A DNA stretch of 60,681 nucleotides, counting the filler, from Nemertoderma westbladi (lineage: Eukaryota > Animalia > Xenacoelomorpha): assembly GCA_032718475.1 (NCBI GenBank). It is 3 parts of 3 records of this genome, joined end to end, with 100 filler letters (N's around TTAATTAATTAA, not from the genome) between each part and the next. Parts side by side here need not be neighbours in the genome. Positions count along the whole stretch, not along the records: positions 1 to 22,397 come from JAUCBJ010008565.1; 2 more parts are not named here. One strand, given 5' to 3'. The position numbers and the translations under genes were made by a program. The stretch's first letter is position 1; every line of letters begins with the position of its first letter. Below the pieces are notes generated by a model. The model made no database searches and had not been told where the DNA came from. It was given only the letters and a program-made list of their open reading frames with translations. This document shows, piece by piece, positions 11,801 through 22,497 of the stretch.

Positions 11801-13084
11801 ACCAGCACCCTCCTTGTAGTGCTCCAGTTCTATATCCACGGCACCGGCAACCTCCTTGTAGTGCTCCAGTTCTATATCCCCGCCACCAGCACCCTCCTTG
11901 TAGTGCTCCAGTTCTATATCCCCGCCACCAGCACCCTCCTTGTAGTGCTCCAGTTCTATATCCCCGCCACCAGAACCCTCCTTGTAGTGCTCCAGTTCTA
12001 TATCCCCGCCACCAGCACCCTCCTTGTAGTGCTCCAGTTCTATATCCACGGCACCGGCAACCTCCTTGTAGTGCTCCAGTTCTATATCCCCGCCACCAGC
12101 ACCCTCCTTGTAGTGCTCCAGTTCTATATCCACGGCACCGGCAACCTCCTTGTAGTGCTCCAGTTCTATATCCCCGCCACCAGCACCCTCCTTGTAGTGC
12201 TCAAGTTCTATATCCACGGCACCGGCAACCTCCTTGTAGTGCTCCAGTTCTATATCCCCGCCACTAGCACCCTCCTTGTAGTGCTCCAGTTCTATATCCA
12301 CTGCACCGGCAACCTCCTTGTAGTGCTCCAGTTCTATATCCCCGCCACCAGCACCCTCCTTGTAGTGCTCCAGTTCTATATCCACTGCACCGGCAACCTC
12401 CTTGTAGTGCTCCAGTTCTATATCCCCGCCACCAGCACCCTCCTTGTAGTGCTCCAGTTCTATATCCACGGCACCGGCAACCTCCTTGTAGTGCTCCAGT
12501 TCTATATCCCCGCCACCAGCACCCTCCTTGTAGTGCTCCAGTTCTATATCCACGGCACCGGCAACCTCCTTGTAGTGCTCCAGTTCTATACCCTCGCCAC
12601 CAGCACGCTCCTTGTAGTGCTCCAGTTCTATATCCACTGCACCGGCAACCTCCTTGTAGTGCTCCAGTTCTATATCCCCGCCACCAGCACCCTCCTTGTA
12701 GTGCTCCAGTTCTATATCCACGGCACCGGCAACCTCCTTGTAGTGCTCCAGTTCTATACCCTCGCCACCAGCACCCTCCTTGTAGTGCTCCAATTCTATA
12801 TCCCCATCACCAGCACCCTCCTTGTAGTGCTCCAGTTCTATATCCCTGTCACCGGCAACCTCCTTATTGTACCCCAACTCAATATCATGCGACCCATCAC
12901 ATGAATGCAGCTCTTCTCTGATACCTTTCTCATTCAGCCGAGTCAAATCTGCGGCGAAATCCTTGTAGCTTCCTTTACATCGCCTTCTAAGAGGGTAAAC
13001 TTTCCGTGCGACATATGGTTGAAAAGTCGACTTCTCCAAAGCCAATTGTACAAGTCGCTTGCCACGATTACTATTATTATTCAT
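8884..13084 (-). CDS. Tyrosine-recombinase-like protein of a Crypton-type element; two exons (13084-9563, 9192-8884), about 1276 aa
   Basis: YR-like motif order FNSKRASE..GKQGRPVPILI..RSTILRKYCAT..LGHS..QVY. CxxC/H-type zinc-finger-like segments (CRYC..H..H, CPFC..H...C). A phase-0 GT-AG intron 9562-9193 joins a basic Myb/SANT-like tail (KRNWSKKE..W..I...IYN). Confidence 0.8.
11530..12887 (-). repeat. 42-bp coding minisatellite, about 32 copies (DIELEHYKEGAGGG / DIELEHYKEVAGAV)
   Basis: Directly visible; in frame within the 1192-aa ORF; two variants alternate over much of the array. Confidence 0.97.
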
Positions 13085-13649
13085 TAAATTATATTGTATA
13101 TTAAATTATTACTTCAAATTAATTGTTCTCTAGCCAAATCTATCAAATTTATCGAATCTATCAAACTGGTATACATAATAATATAGATGATACAAATTAC
13201 TATCCAAGCTAGAAACAACACTAAGGCAGTGTAAAAAAAGACCTATATAGTACACATATTTTAGTATTTATTTGATGTTTATAAATTTCCAAATGGTGGT
13301 AAAGTGCAAAATGGGGGTTGGGGAAGGTGTTATTCGCTGAGTCTCATTTGTGCTTATTTGGGACTGACGTTTATTCGAGACAGGGTGCTTTTTCGAATAA
13401 ATGGCAAACTTTTATAAGAGCCATCCTGATATTTGGTTTCTTATCAGCTGTAATTAATCCCAGCATTTTTTTTTACATGAAGACACACCCGCAGTCGGGG
13501 TAAATATTTGTCGGGTGGAATTAATCCCAGCATTAACTCCTATGTAGGAGCTCTGGTTCAACTGCTGCCCTAAGTAATCGACCTTTGGGATTCCGTTTTA
13601 TTATTTTGGGACTCCAAATCCTGGACAGACTATTTAACGTATCCTACTA

Positions 13650-13944
13650 ATTGCCCCCCCGCCCCCCTGGCCAGCCAAAACAGCCAGACATGCACCTTAG
13701 ACATGCATCCCCGACATGAATGACTCACGCTGGTTAAATTATATATTTTTTTAATTGTGATTAAATCACAAATATTGAAAAGTAAGATTGGTTTAAAGAA
13801 TTGCCTATAAAATTTTTATTCTTTTGTATTGGACCCTAAATGTTTGCATGTAAGCTCAGAATTAAATTCTCTTTCGAATGGTATATTACACTAAAGTACA
13901 TGTCTGGCAGTTTTGGCTGGTAGGGGGGGGGGGGGGGGGGCAAT
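13650..13944. mobile_element. MITE-like element
   Basis: Inverted ends ATTGC(C)n..CCAGCCAAAACAGCCAGACATG vs CATGTCTGGCAGTTTTGGCTGG..(G)nGCAAT. Confidence 0.65.
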
Positions 13945-14044
13945 CATTATGGAATACACGGTACAACAACCGTGGAGATTTTTCAAAAATACTTATATGA
14001 AAAATATATATAAATAAAATAAATATAAAATTAGTTATAAACTA

Positions 14045-14304
14045 CAGGGTGGTAAAAATAACCTGTACCCATGTAAAGTGCAATAAAAACTTTAAGAAAT
14101 ACTTTAAAAACTTAAGAACGGCTAGACCGATTGAGGTTTTCAACCGAAAACCAGCCCGATCCAAGGTAAAAAAAAATAGTACTGCCGCGCACATACTCCG
14201 GCACATACTGCTCATTGAAATAACCGACTACAAAATTTCGATGTGTTTTGATAAAAATTAAAAGTTTTTATAGCACTTTACATTACTTTTTCTTGACCAC
14301 CCTG
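14045..14304. mobile_element. Tc1/mariner-type MITE
   Basis: TA-CAGGGTGGT ... ACCACCCTG-TA, plus inner inverted segment ATGTAAAGTGC/GCACTTTACAT. Confidence 0.75.
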
Positions 14305-14390
14305 TATAAATGAAATCATTTCACAATAATAATTATACTTATACAAAAGCAATTTCTAACTATAAAAAATTAAATTATAAATTATTAAGT

Positions 14391-14497
14391 AATTTAAACA
14401 GGACTTAAGTTGATCCAACTCTTTAGAAAATGGAGCGGAAAAATCATTTTCCGCTCCATTTGCTATGGAGTTGGATGGAGTTGGTCCTGTTTAAATT
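14391..14497. repeat. ~105-bp imperfect palindrome (miniature foldback)
   Basis: AATTTAAACAGGAC..TCCAACTC..AAATGGAGCGGAAAA / TTTTCCGCTCCATTT..GAGTTGGA..GTCCTGTTTAAATT. Confidence 0.75.
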
Positions 14498-15369
14498 CAA
14501 ACTATGGATGTTAAAACATATAAACAATTCATCATTTTCTTTACTTTGGTTTCAAATAATTGTTTAATTTTTATTATTACCGTTTTATTTTTGAGAGTAA
14601 TCAGCTATTATTTGCGTCGAATTTCCCCTGGAAGGGGATGAATTTTTATTGCGACCAGTTCCCCCCAGCCCCCCCCCCCCCCCACCCCCTCCCCTCCTAT
14701 CTGATTTTAAACTTATGATGTTTATTATAAATAATATTTATGCTTTATTGTGATTTTTACGGTAAATAATATCTGTATATTGTTAAATAAAGGTTCCAAC
14801 AGCTACACCTAGGGGGCGTAATTTAACAACATTATAGAGATTGCAATGTAATACCCTGGCCGCCGTATAGAGCAGTAAACAAATGGTCATAGAACTGAAA
14901 GTAGTTTGTGGTCAACGATCTTTACTACGGATGATGTAGGCCTACTCTTGTACCGTACCGTGCTTTACTTAACTCCCACAGTATTGTGGACGCTATGGAG
15001 TCGCTGATTATGTAGATTGGTATAAAGAGAATTATCAACGTCTGTATAAAGTTCTACATTATACACCTCTTATGCCACAGTTAGACACATTATATTTCCA
15101 TTTCGGATAAAATGTACGAATAGCTGATACTAATTAGATGATCCTATTCACTCAATATTAATTACTATCAGACTTTCCAATCGCGTTATATCGCCATAAT
15201 CGCTATAATTATACAGGTACGCCTATATTTCAGCTGTTTCTCAAGGAAATTCAGACATTGTTACATTTTATTATTTAGAATCCTTGTAACGCAAGATTTC
15301 TAATGATTGATAAAATACGATTAATATAAAAAATGGCCACGATGTGGAGAGGGTGTGATTCCTCACATT

Positions 15370-16149
15370 TCTGCCCGCGTAGCTTTGCACTGACAGACTG
15401 ACTGAGCGGGCGCGTGGCTGTGGGGCGAGCCACGAAGTGAGCGAAGCCTTAGCATATAGGTGCCGTTAACGAGTTGTCTGTCGTCGTCGTCGTCGTAAAT
15501 TTTTGAACGCTAATAACTCGGTTATTCCTCGATGAAATTAAACGAAACTTGGTACGTGTATATTCCGGCAAAAGTTTAGAAAGAATCTGAAGTTTGGTAA
15601 AAAAAAAACGAACGAACGCAACGAGTTTACAGTGGATACGAGTATCAATCTGCCATAAATCAGCAGTTACTCTCACAGTTTCGAGAGTCTGCATAGTTAT
15701 AAAGGTCGTTAGTCTCCGTTTAGGAAAATCATTTTAAGACAAAACAGGACGAGCGCAACGAGGCTAATGAAGGAGAAGAGCATTGTAAAACTAAAAATGT
15801 CATAAGAGTATTGTAAAACTAAAAATGTCACACTTAACTTAAATAGCCCTAGTTAGAAGGTTTACAAATGACAGTTAAAGTGTGTAAGGGCAAACTAAAA
15901 TGGATCTCTGTTTGTACAACTAGTTTATCACAAACTGATAGCATCGCATTTTTTATATATCTCATATATTTTTTGGGATAGACGGTTTTTGTATATCTAA
16001 TAGAGATTAGTATAATAATGTACTCTCTAATATAGACTCTCGTGCTGCGCGAAGGCCCCACGAACGTGTTTTTAACTCCCACCATCAGAGCGTAGCTTTC
16101 GGACCAAGCCAGACAGGCCGGCGCAGAATTTTTTGCACTGGGTGCAGCT
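15370..16149 (+). mobile_element. Possible Helentron/DINE-like non-autonomous element, interrupted near its 3' end by the hAT
   Basis: GC hairpin CGTGGCT..AGCCACG and (GTC)n microsatellite. Resumes after the hAT with CTAGTACTCTAGT (~18192-18204), a Helitron-like end. Confidence 0.35.
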
Positions 16150-18185
16150 CAGTGCCGGATTAACCTTAAGGCATATAAGGCACGTGCCTTAGGGCCAGCC
16201 GAAAATCCCGGCCATTTTTTTTGCGAGTCATTCCTGTAAAAAAAATATTTTTATCTGAAAAGTCCGGAAACAGAGCAAGAAAGTGCATCTTTCGACTACT
16301 TTCTATCCCTAAATTTGTGATAGAAAGTGCAAAATTCTAGCTCAGTCGACCGACAGGTGCTGTGTTATTAGTTCGAAACCTGATGGCAGGGAAATAATAA
16401 AACATGGGCAGGAAAACTTTAAAGTGCTAATTATGAAAAATGGAGAATTTAATTTTATCTATTTGTGGGGAATTATTTGTAGTTATATGCTCTTAAACTT
16501 TTTAGAACAACCAAATAATGACATACTGGAAATACTGTACATAGTAAATGTATGGCGTGGAGATATGGTAGTGCGAAATGAATTTTTTTTTACCGGAAAC
16601 TAGTTTTATAAATATAGGCCCTAATAGATAAAAAAAAGGATAAATTAGTTGTAGATAAAATAGTTGTTGATAAAAAAAAAGAAATAATTTCAGAAATAAC
16701 TTCTTGTCACTACATACTGTACTGTAATTTAATTTTACCGAAATTCGGATGTTCTGCCCTCGTGTATTGAATTTTGCATTCGATGGCATTTTATGTGCAA
16801 TTCCTGCAAAACCTAAAACTCTCGGACAGCACAATTGAATTGGGGTAAATTAAAATTAGCGACAAAAAGTGCTTATTTCTGAGAACATGACTTTCTCAGC
16901 AAGTCAAATCTAGATCAGAAATATTATATCTTTGCACTAAGCCCACACTTACGGTGTTTTATTTATCAGCAAGTCCTGTAAAGATAAGTACCCTGCGAAA
17001 CCTACAGCAAATAAATAACACATTCCCACGATCCGATCAAAATTGCTAAATGCCTACAGGGGCCAGTCAGCCTTAAGGGGGCCAACTATAACCCCCACAG
17101 AAATGAAATTTTCGAAAATTTACACAATTTTTTGTAGTTTGATAGAAGGGCTTTCATAAGGTGATGTCGGTTTTCAACAGTGAATTATATTTTGACCTCA
17201 AAACTGCTCTTTTCAACAACATAATATTATATTGCTGATATTTATGATTCTCTATATAAAACAACCTTTTTATCAGTTTGTCGATTTTGACTTTTTTCAT
17301 CACTAAATTCCCTACTATATACTATTTAATTTTTTACTCAATTGTCATCCAATATACAAAATGTTCAGCAGCTTTAGGACTACTATCGTTGGTTTTGTAA
17401 AATATGGCCATTTGGATATTCTAGAACCGATGTTGTAATTGCTACACTTTGTCTATCACAAAATATTTATTCTCAAAATATAGCCCGGAAATACTAAAAC
17501 CCCCCTAAATTTTTCAAAAACAATAATTTTGTGCTAAAATCATCATAGAAGAAAGCCTACATTTTTAGGTCCATTTTACCAAAGTCTTGGACCGAGAACT
17601 TCAATGCAGGGTATTACAGATCCTTAAACATGAGCTAATTTACATAGAAATTCCACAAATTTATAGAATTTTTGAAAAAACCGACCTGCTCAAAAAGTGC
17701 CATATTTTCCGAACAAACGGTTTATGAAGCTACTGTATCTATACTCGGTTTTAATAGTATATATAAGATCACAGATAATTGTATTAAAGTTTCAGAATAC
17801 AGTAGTAGCTTAATAAATTAAACAAATAGATTTGGGGTAATGGTCCCATTAATATATTAAAAATTAAAGCTTGAGAAGTTCTACCAAAACCATTACACAT
17901 TTTATAGCAATGGTTTTATAGGCATAATATGCCGTTTAGTAATGTTCAAAATTCTTGATGAAAACTATTTTTGCGAAGTACTTATTATTAAAGTACTTAG
18001 TACTTATTTGCACGCAGTAATCCGACGAAAATACTTTATATTTCCTTCACAACATTTTCACAATTTCAGTTGTTTGTAGCAGCTTTTTCTTTTGAAAGGG
18101 TTTGCGGAAAAATATCAATTTTCGGGCCATTTTTGGAAATTACTAAAATATGCCTTAGGGCCACCAGAGGCTTAATCCGGCACTG
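16150..18185. mobile_element. Non-autonomous hAT transposon
   Basis: TIR CAGTGCCGGATTAA / TTAATCCGGCACTG. 8-bp TSD GTGCAGCT at 16142-16149 and 18186-18193. Subterminal GCCTTAGGGCCA near both ends. No ORF. Confidence 0.9.
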
Positions 18186-18406
18186 GTGCAGCTAGTACTC
18201 TAGTAGTACCGGCACTGGCACGTCTCAGCGTGTGCCACCTGGTTACTCTGTTACTTGTGTAGGCCTACTACTCTATAATATTATTGCCTTGTTTCGTTTG
18301 TTGTTTCATTTTATATTACGTTTACTGGTTTATCATCTTCTTGTCTTACTCTTAGTCAACTGATTGACTTCCAATTCCATTAGGCCTACGATACCGGTAC
18401 TGAAGT

Positions 18407-19951
18407 ATGGATGGAAACATTCAAGAAAACCATCAAACGCGTCACAAATTCCACAAAGAAAGAAAATCAGAAGGAACCACCATACCGTACCAATCGAGAC
18501 GGATGTATTGGAGGTTTATAAAGAAAGGTAATAATCACAACAAGGTACCGGACAGATGGGAGGAATACACGCCTATGGGCGAGGTGATTCAAGGAACTCC
18601 CTTTATTTGCTTTAAAGTTCCGCTAAAAAACAGTTTAATCCGTCAGTTGGAGAATCCGGTGGGCGCCTTCCAGGTCCCGGATATAGTGAACCGGATGCGG
18701 AGTTCCGGAGCTTCTTTGGGTTTAGTTATTGATTTAACAGACACGGCGCGGTACTACGAACCGAGTGAGTTCGCGGAATACGGTATCCGCTACGTTAAGA
18801 TCCGGTGTCCCGGACGGATGACGCCTCCAACTATAGTGTACAACGAGTTTAAACTGGCAGTTAACGAGTTCCTTGCCGAAGTTCCCAACCAGCTGATCGG
18901 GGTTCATTGTACCCACGGGGTCAACCGCACCGGGTTCTTGGTCGTCAAGTACCTTGTCGATGTGTTTGGTTGGAGTGTCGGGGAGGCGCTCGGGAGGTTC
19001 AATTGTGCCAGGGGCCACAGTGTGGAGAAATACATCGGGGATCTGGAGGAGTTCGAGAGAGTGAAGGAGGTTGGTCGGGAGGGAGTTGCGATAACAGTGA
19101 GCGGGTCCCCACCGGTGCACGGGCCTACACCGGTGCACGGACCTACACCGGTGCACGGACCTCCACCGGTGCACGGACCTCCACCGGTGCACGGACCTCC
19201 ACCGGTGCACGGACCTCCACCGGTGCACGGACCTACACCGGTGCACGGACCTGCACCGGTGCACAGACCTCCACCGGTGCACGGACCTACAACGGTGCAC
19301 GGACCTACACTGGTGCACGGACCTACACTGGTGCACGGACCGCCACTGGTGCAGGTGCACGGACCTACACCAGTGCACGGACCTACACCGATGCACGGAC
19401 CTCCACCGGTGCACAGACCTCCACCGGTGCACAGACCTCCACCGGTGCACAGACCTCCACCGGTGCACGGACCTACACTGGTGCACGGACCTACACCGGT
19501 GCACGGACCGCCACTGGTGCAGGTGCACGGACCTACACCAGTGCACGGACCTACACCGGTGCACGGACCTCCACCGGTGCACGCACCAACCTCTACACAC
19601 AAGCGTACTGATCCCTGTGGGACCGCTGGCGGCCCTTGGGATGAGTTACTCTGGCCGATGCAGGTCCGACGAACTAATTATCGGTCGGGGGATCCTGGCG
19701 ATTTCTGTAACAGAAATAGTAACCAAAGTCATAATAGTAGCAACTATCAATTCATTCAGAATAGTAGCAACGATCAATTCTACCAAAATAGTCCCGGCTA
19801 TAGGGACGACTATTACTATAGAGACAACGACCATTACTCAGCTGGCTATACTGGTTACTACGCCGATATCAACCCCCGTTACAGACACAATGGGGACCGC
19901 GGATATTATAACAATCCTTACGTCTGGAGGGATCCACAATATCATTTATAA
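18407..19951 (+). CDS. DUSP11: RNA 5'-triphosphatase of the cysteine-phosphatase family (DUSP11/PIR1-like), intronless, with Pro/His repeat and Tyr/Asn-rich tail
   Basis: VPDRW, FICFKVPL, LVIDLTDTARYY and catalytic loop IGVHCTHGVNRTG, then F..ARGH. No guanylyltransferase domain follows, so it is not full capping enzyme. Confidence 0.85.
   Translation: MDGNIQENHQTRHKFHKERKSEGTTIPYQSRRMYWRFIKKGNNHNKVPDRWEEYTPMGEVIQGTPFICFKVPLKNSLIRQLENPVGAFQVPDIVNRMRSSGASLGLVIDLTDTARYYEPSEFAEYGIRYVKIRCPGRMTPPTIVYNEFKLAVNEFLAEVPNQLIGVHCTHGVNRTGFLVVKYLVDVFGWSVGEALGRFNCARGHSVEKYIGDLEEFERVKEVGREGVAITVSGSPPVHGPTPVHGPTPVHGPPPVHGPPPVHGPPPVHGPPPVHGPTPVHGPAPVHRPPPVHGPTTVHGPTLVHGPTLVHGPPLVQVHGPTPVHGPTPMHGPPPVHRPPPVHRPPPVHRPPPVHGPTLVHGPTPVHGPPLVQVHGPTPVHGPTPVHGPPPVHAPTSTHKRTDPCGTAGGPWDELLWPMQVRRTNYRSGDPGDFCNRNSNQSHNSSNYQFIQNSSNDQFYQNSPGYRDDYYYRDNDHYSAGYTGYYADINPRYRHNGDRGYYNNPYVWRDPQYHL
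19108..19583 (+). repeat. 18-bp coding repeat (PVHGPP/PVHGPT), about 26 units
   Basis: CCGGTGCACGGACCT(C/A)CA repeated, with a duplicated higher-order block containing LVQVHG. Confidence 0.95.
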
Positions 19952-20269
19952 GACACTTTTAATTTGGTATTTTGGTGCTAGAATAATTCGGTGGTGTTAT
20001 CGCATAGGATCATGTAAACTAAAGATTTTTATGAACGCCATCCCATTTATTCTTGTTATTAATCCCATCTATACCTTATTTGGTATTTGTTTGTTTATGC
20101 CAGATTATATTTGTTCTTAGTGACTATATTTTGTAACATTGGAAAACATCTTAGCGGTTTTTATTTATTTTATTCCTAATCTTAAATATACGCAATAAGT
20201 TACAAGGATGTAACAAATAGATAAATGGATGTAACATATAGATACATTTTAAGATTTTGGGATATGCGA

Positions 20270-20385
20270 TGTGTTTATTGTACTTGACACAATGAACCCG
20301 GCGCAGCATTCTCGTGAAAGTGCCATCCAGAGATTGGGTATCCTCTGCAGTTAGAGCCCAGCATGGACTCCCATAAGAGTACTGG
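20270..20385 (-). mobile_element. Internal fragment of an RTE family A-related element
   Basis: Reverse complement matches ~7939-8056 (YGSPCWALTAEDT.SLDGTFTRMLRRVHCVKYN). Confidence 0.85.
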
Positions 20386-21019
20386 TTAAGGTTCAATTTT
20401 ATTCTATGGGACTTCCAAATCCTGGACAGACTATTTAACGCTGCTCATACCTTCCCCTTATGTATCCGAAGGTCTTCCTGACTTTCTGATCTATGATCCA
20501 CATCATCCACGTGCTCAAGCAACCCGCCCCTAGAGCTTATGCCCTTACGTTCAGAACTTTACACAATAACGTTCTAAACAGAAGTTTACGCTCAAACACC
20601 CAGGGATTTTAAACAGATCCCTGGATGTAGTTTGTGTTATACAGTTGTTGTTCAAGTTGTTTGTTATTTTCTTTCTTTTACTGCTTTACTATCTTATCTT
20701 GAATAACAGTATAGTGCTGGGTAAACCGGTTTAAGAATTAAATAAATAAAATAAAACATTTAGTTTGGTCCAACAAGGAGTTTGTTTTATAAATAAACAG
20801 TAAATAGGTAAATAGCACCAAATGTAACAAATAATAATTAAAAAATTAAACAGTTATGAAGGAATGGTAACAACAACGATAACAATACTAATACTCGGTG
20901 ATGAAAACTAATAAATAAACCCAACGCGGGTCAAACCCAATAGCGGTCAATAAACTAAAGGAAATAAACTCAACAAAACGTAATAAATTGCAATAAACAT
21001 TATCTTTGCTATAAATAAA

Positions 21020-22397
21020 TTAATCTTGGAAAAAGATATTACCGAAATGTGAGGAACAGAGTCTTTGTACCTGGTCGTTGATCTCAATGAGGTTGGCGTT
21101 CTTGTTGTGAAGAACGACATAGAACTCCCGTTGGTCGGATCGCTTACCGACGATCCAAACGTCCCCGGACGCCTTGGCGATGATCTCGCAGTCCGAGTCG
21201 CGGCCCCCAACCAGGTCCCGGTTAATGTCACAGAGAACCCGCATACTCTCTGGAGAGATCGAGGAGGAACTCTTACGGGAGAAGTGGACCGTAGACTTCT
21301 GGGCTAAGTTCATCTTGTTAAAGTAAATGAACTTGAACTGGAGAGCGGCGGGGGGGTTGGAGCCATTGGGTTTCTGTTGGGAGTAGATGTCGCTAACATC
21401 GGAAGCCAACCGGGAGAGCTGCGGCCCGATAAACGCGTCCATCTGTAGGAAGGAGTCTGTTGCAGGGAGGGTGTCTAACAGCAGACAGACAGTTGCGCTC
21501 AGCGCCTTGTACACGACGAGATGGAGTCGCATGTCCGCGTCCCCAAGGGCCACACTAACCGTCGGTATTGGGGTGTCCGACAGTCCCACAGGTCCAACGA
21601 TAAACCGACCGTAGTTCGGTGCCGCCGAGCGGAGGGACTCCGTCGCACCGGCGGTGTCCTGGTGCACCGAGGAAGGCCGAGACCTTGCACCGGCGGTGTC
21701 CTGGTGCACCGAGGAAGGCCGAGATCCCGAGAGTTCCATCTCGAATTCGTTAGGGAACACGGTCTGGGTTATATAACGGTAGAGAATCCGCATGTCGTGC
21801 TGCTCCAAACCGCTCCAGACCAGCATGTCGTTGTAGAAAAAACAGGAGCTGACAATAATCGGGAACAACGCCTCGGTCTGGTTGACGAAACTCTGAATCT
21901 TAAGATAAGTAAACCGGTCCAACGGTAGGAAATGAACTCCGTTAAGAATCTCCAATAAGTCGCAGTTGTCCAGCCGTAAAGACGATAAATAAGGAGTTAA
22001 AAACTCGTCTAATTTCTCTTTAAGTTGTTCGATGCCCAGAGTTTCAACAAGAGAGTTAATAGTTCCGTTGAAAAATCGGAACATATCGTAGGCGTGTCTG
22101 AGAACGGCTTGGTACACCGCGTTATGGACGTCGTCCTCTTTGTATTCGACGGAAGTTTGTCCGTTTATTACGGACTCGACGGCAGGTAGAGTTATCGTCA
22201 GACACATCCAGTATTCCGGTTCCGGTTGGAAGTGGAACTGTCTGTGTTTGTGGGTGTGCATAACAACCTCATACTTATCTTTGTCGAAAGTTGTCGAGAA
22301 TTTAATAACCGCTTCACTAAGGCCGATCGCCCTTATCTTTGAGTCCAGGGAGTCGTGATTGGGTTGAAAGTATAATATTTTATTCTCTTCGGTCCCC
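21020..22397 (-). CDS. CCZ1: Vacuolar fusion protein CCZ1 (Mon1-Ccz1 Rab7 GEF subunit); 5' end lost in gap; no intron in the visible part
   Basis: Frame open from the gap edge: EENKIIYFQP..IGLSEAVIKF..EPEYWM..FLPLDRFTYLKIQSF..LVWSGLEQHDMRILYRY..FKFIYFNKMNLAQKST..WIVGKRSDQREFYV..FGNIFF, as I recall for metazoan CCZ1. Confidence 0.92.
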
Positions 22398-22497
22398 NNN
22401 NNNNNNNNNNNNNNNNNNNNNNNNNNNNNNNNNNNNNNNNNTTAATTAATTAANNNNNNNNNNNNNNNNNNNNNNNNNNNNNNNNNNNNNNNNNNNN
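22398..22497. other. Assembly gap with artificial linker
   Basis: N-run flanking TTAATTAATTAA (stops in all frames). Confidence 0.97.

Noticed and set aside
11515-12904. Plus-strand 250-aa and 445-aa repeat ORFs
   Set aside because: Antisense shadows of the 42-bp repeat in the YR gene.
17073-17851. TTAA-flanked Kolobok-like insert inside the hAT
   Set aside because: The putative inverted ends match too weakly.
18407-19080. Viral (baculovirus PTP-like) origin or endogenous virus with the YR gene
   Set aside because: No capsid, polymerase, ATPase or other viral genes; the neighbour CCZ1 is a host gene.
18734-19611. Cys/Gly-rich and Arg-rich alternative-frame ORFs
   Set aside because: Other frames of the 18-bp repeat in the DUSP11-like CDS.
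22442-22453. TTAATTAATTAA palindrome inside N-runs (also at ~44375)
   Set aside because: Artificial scaffolding linker, identical in both gaps.
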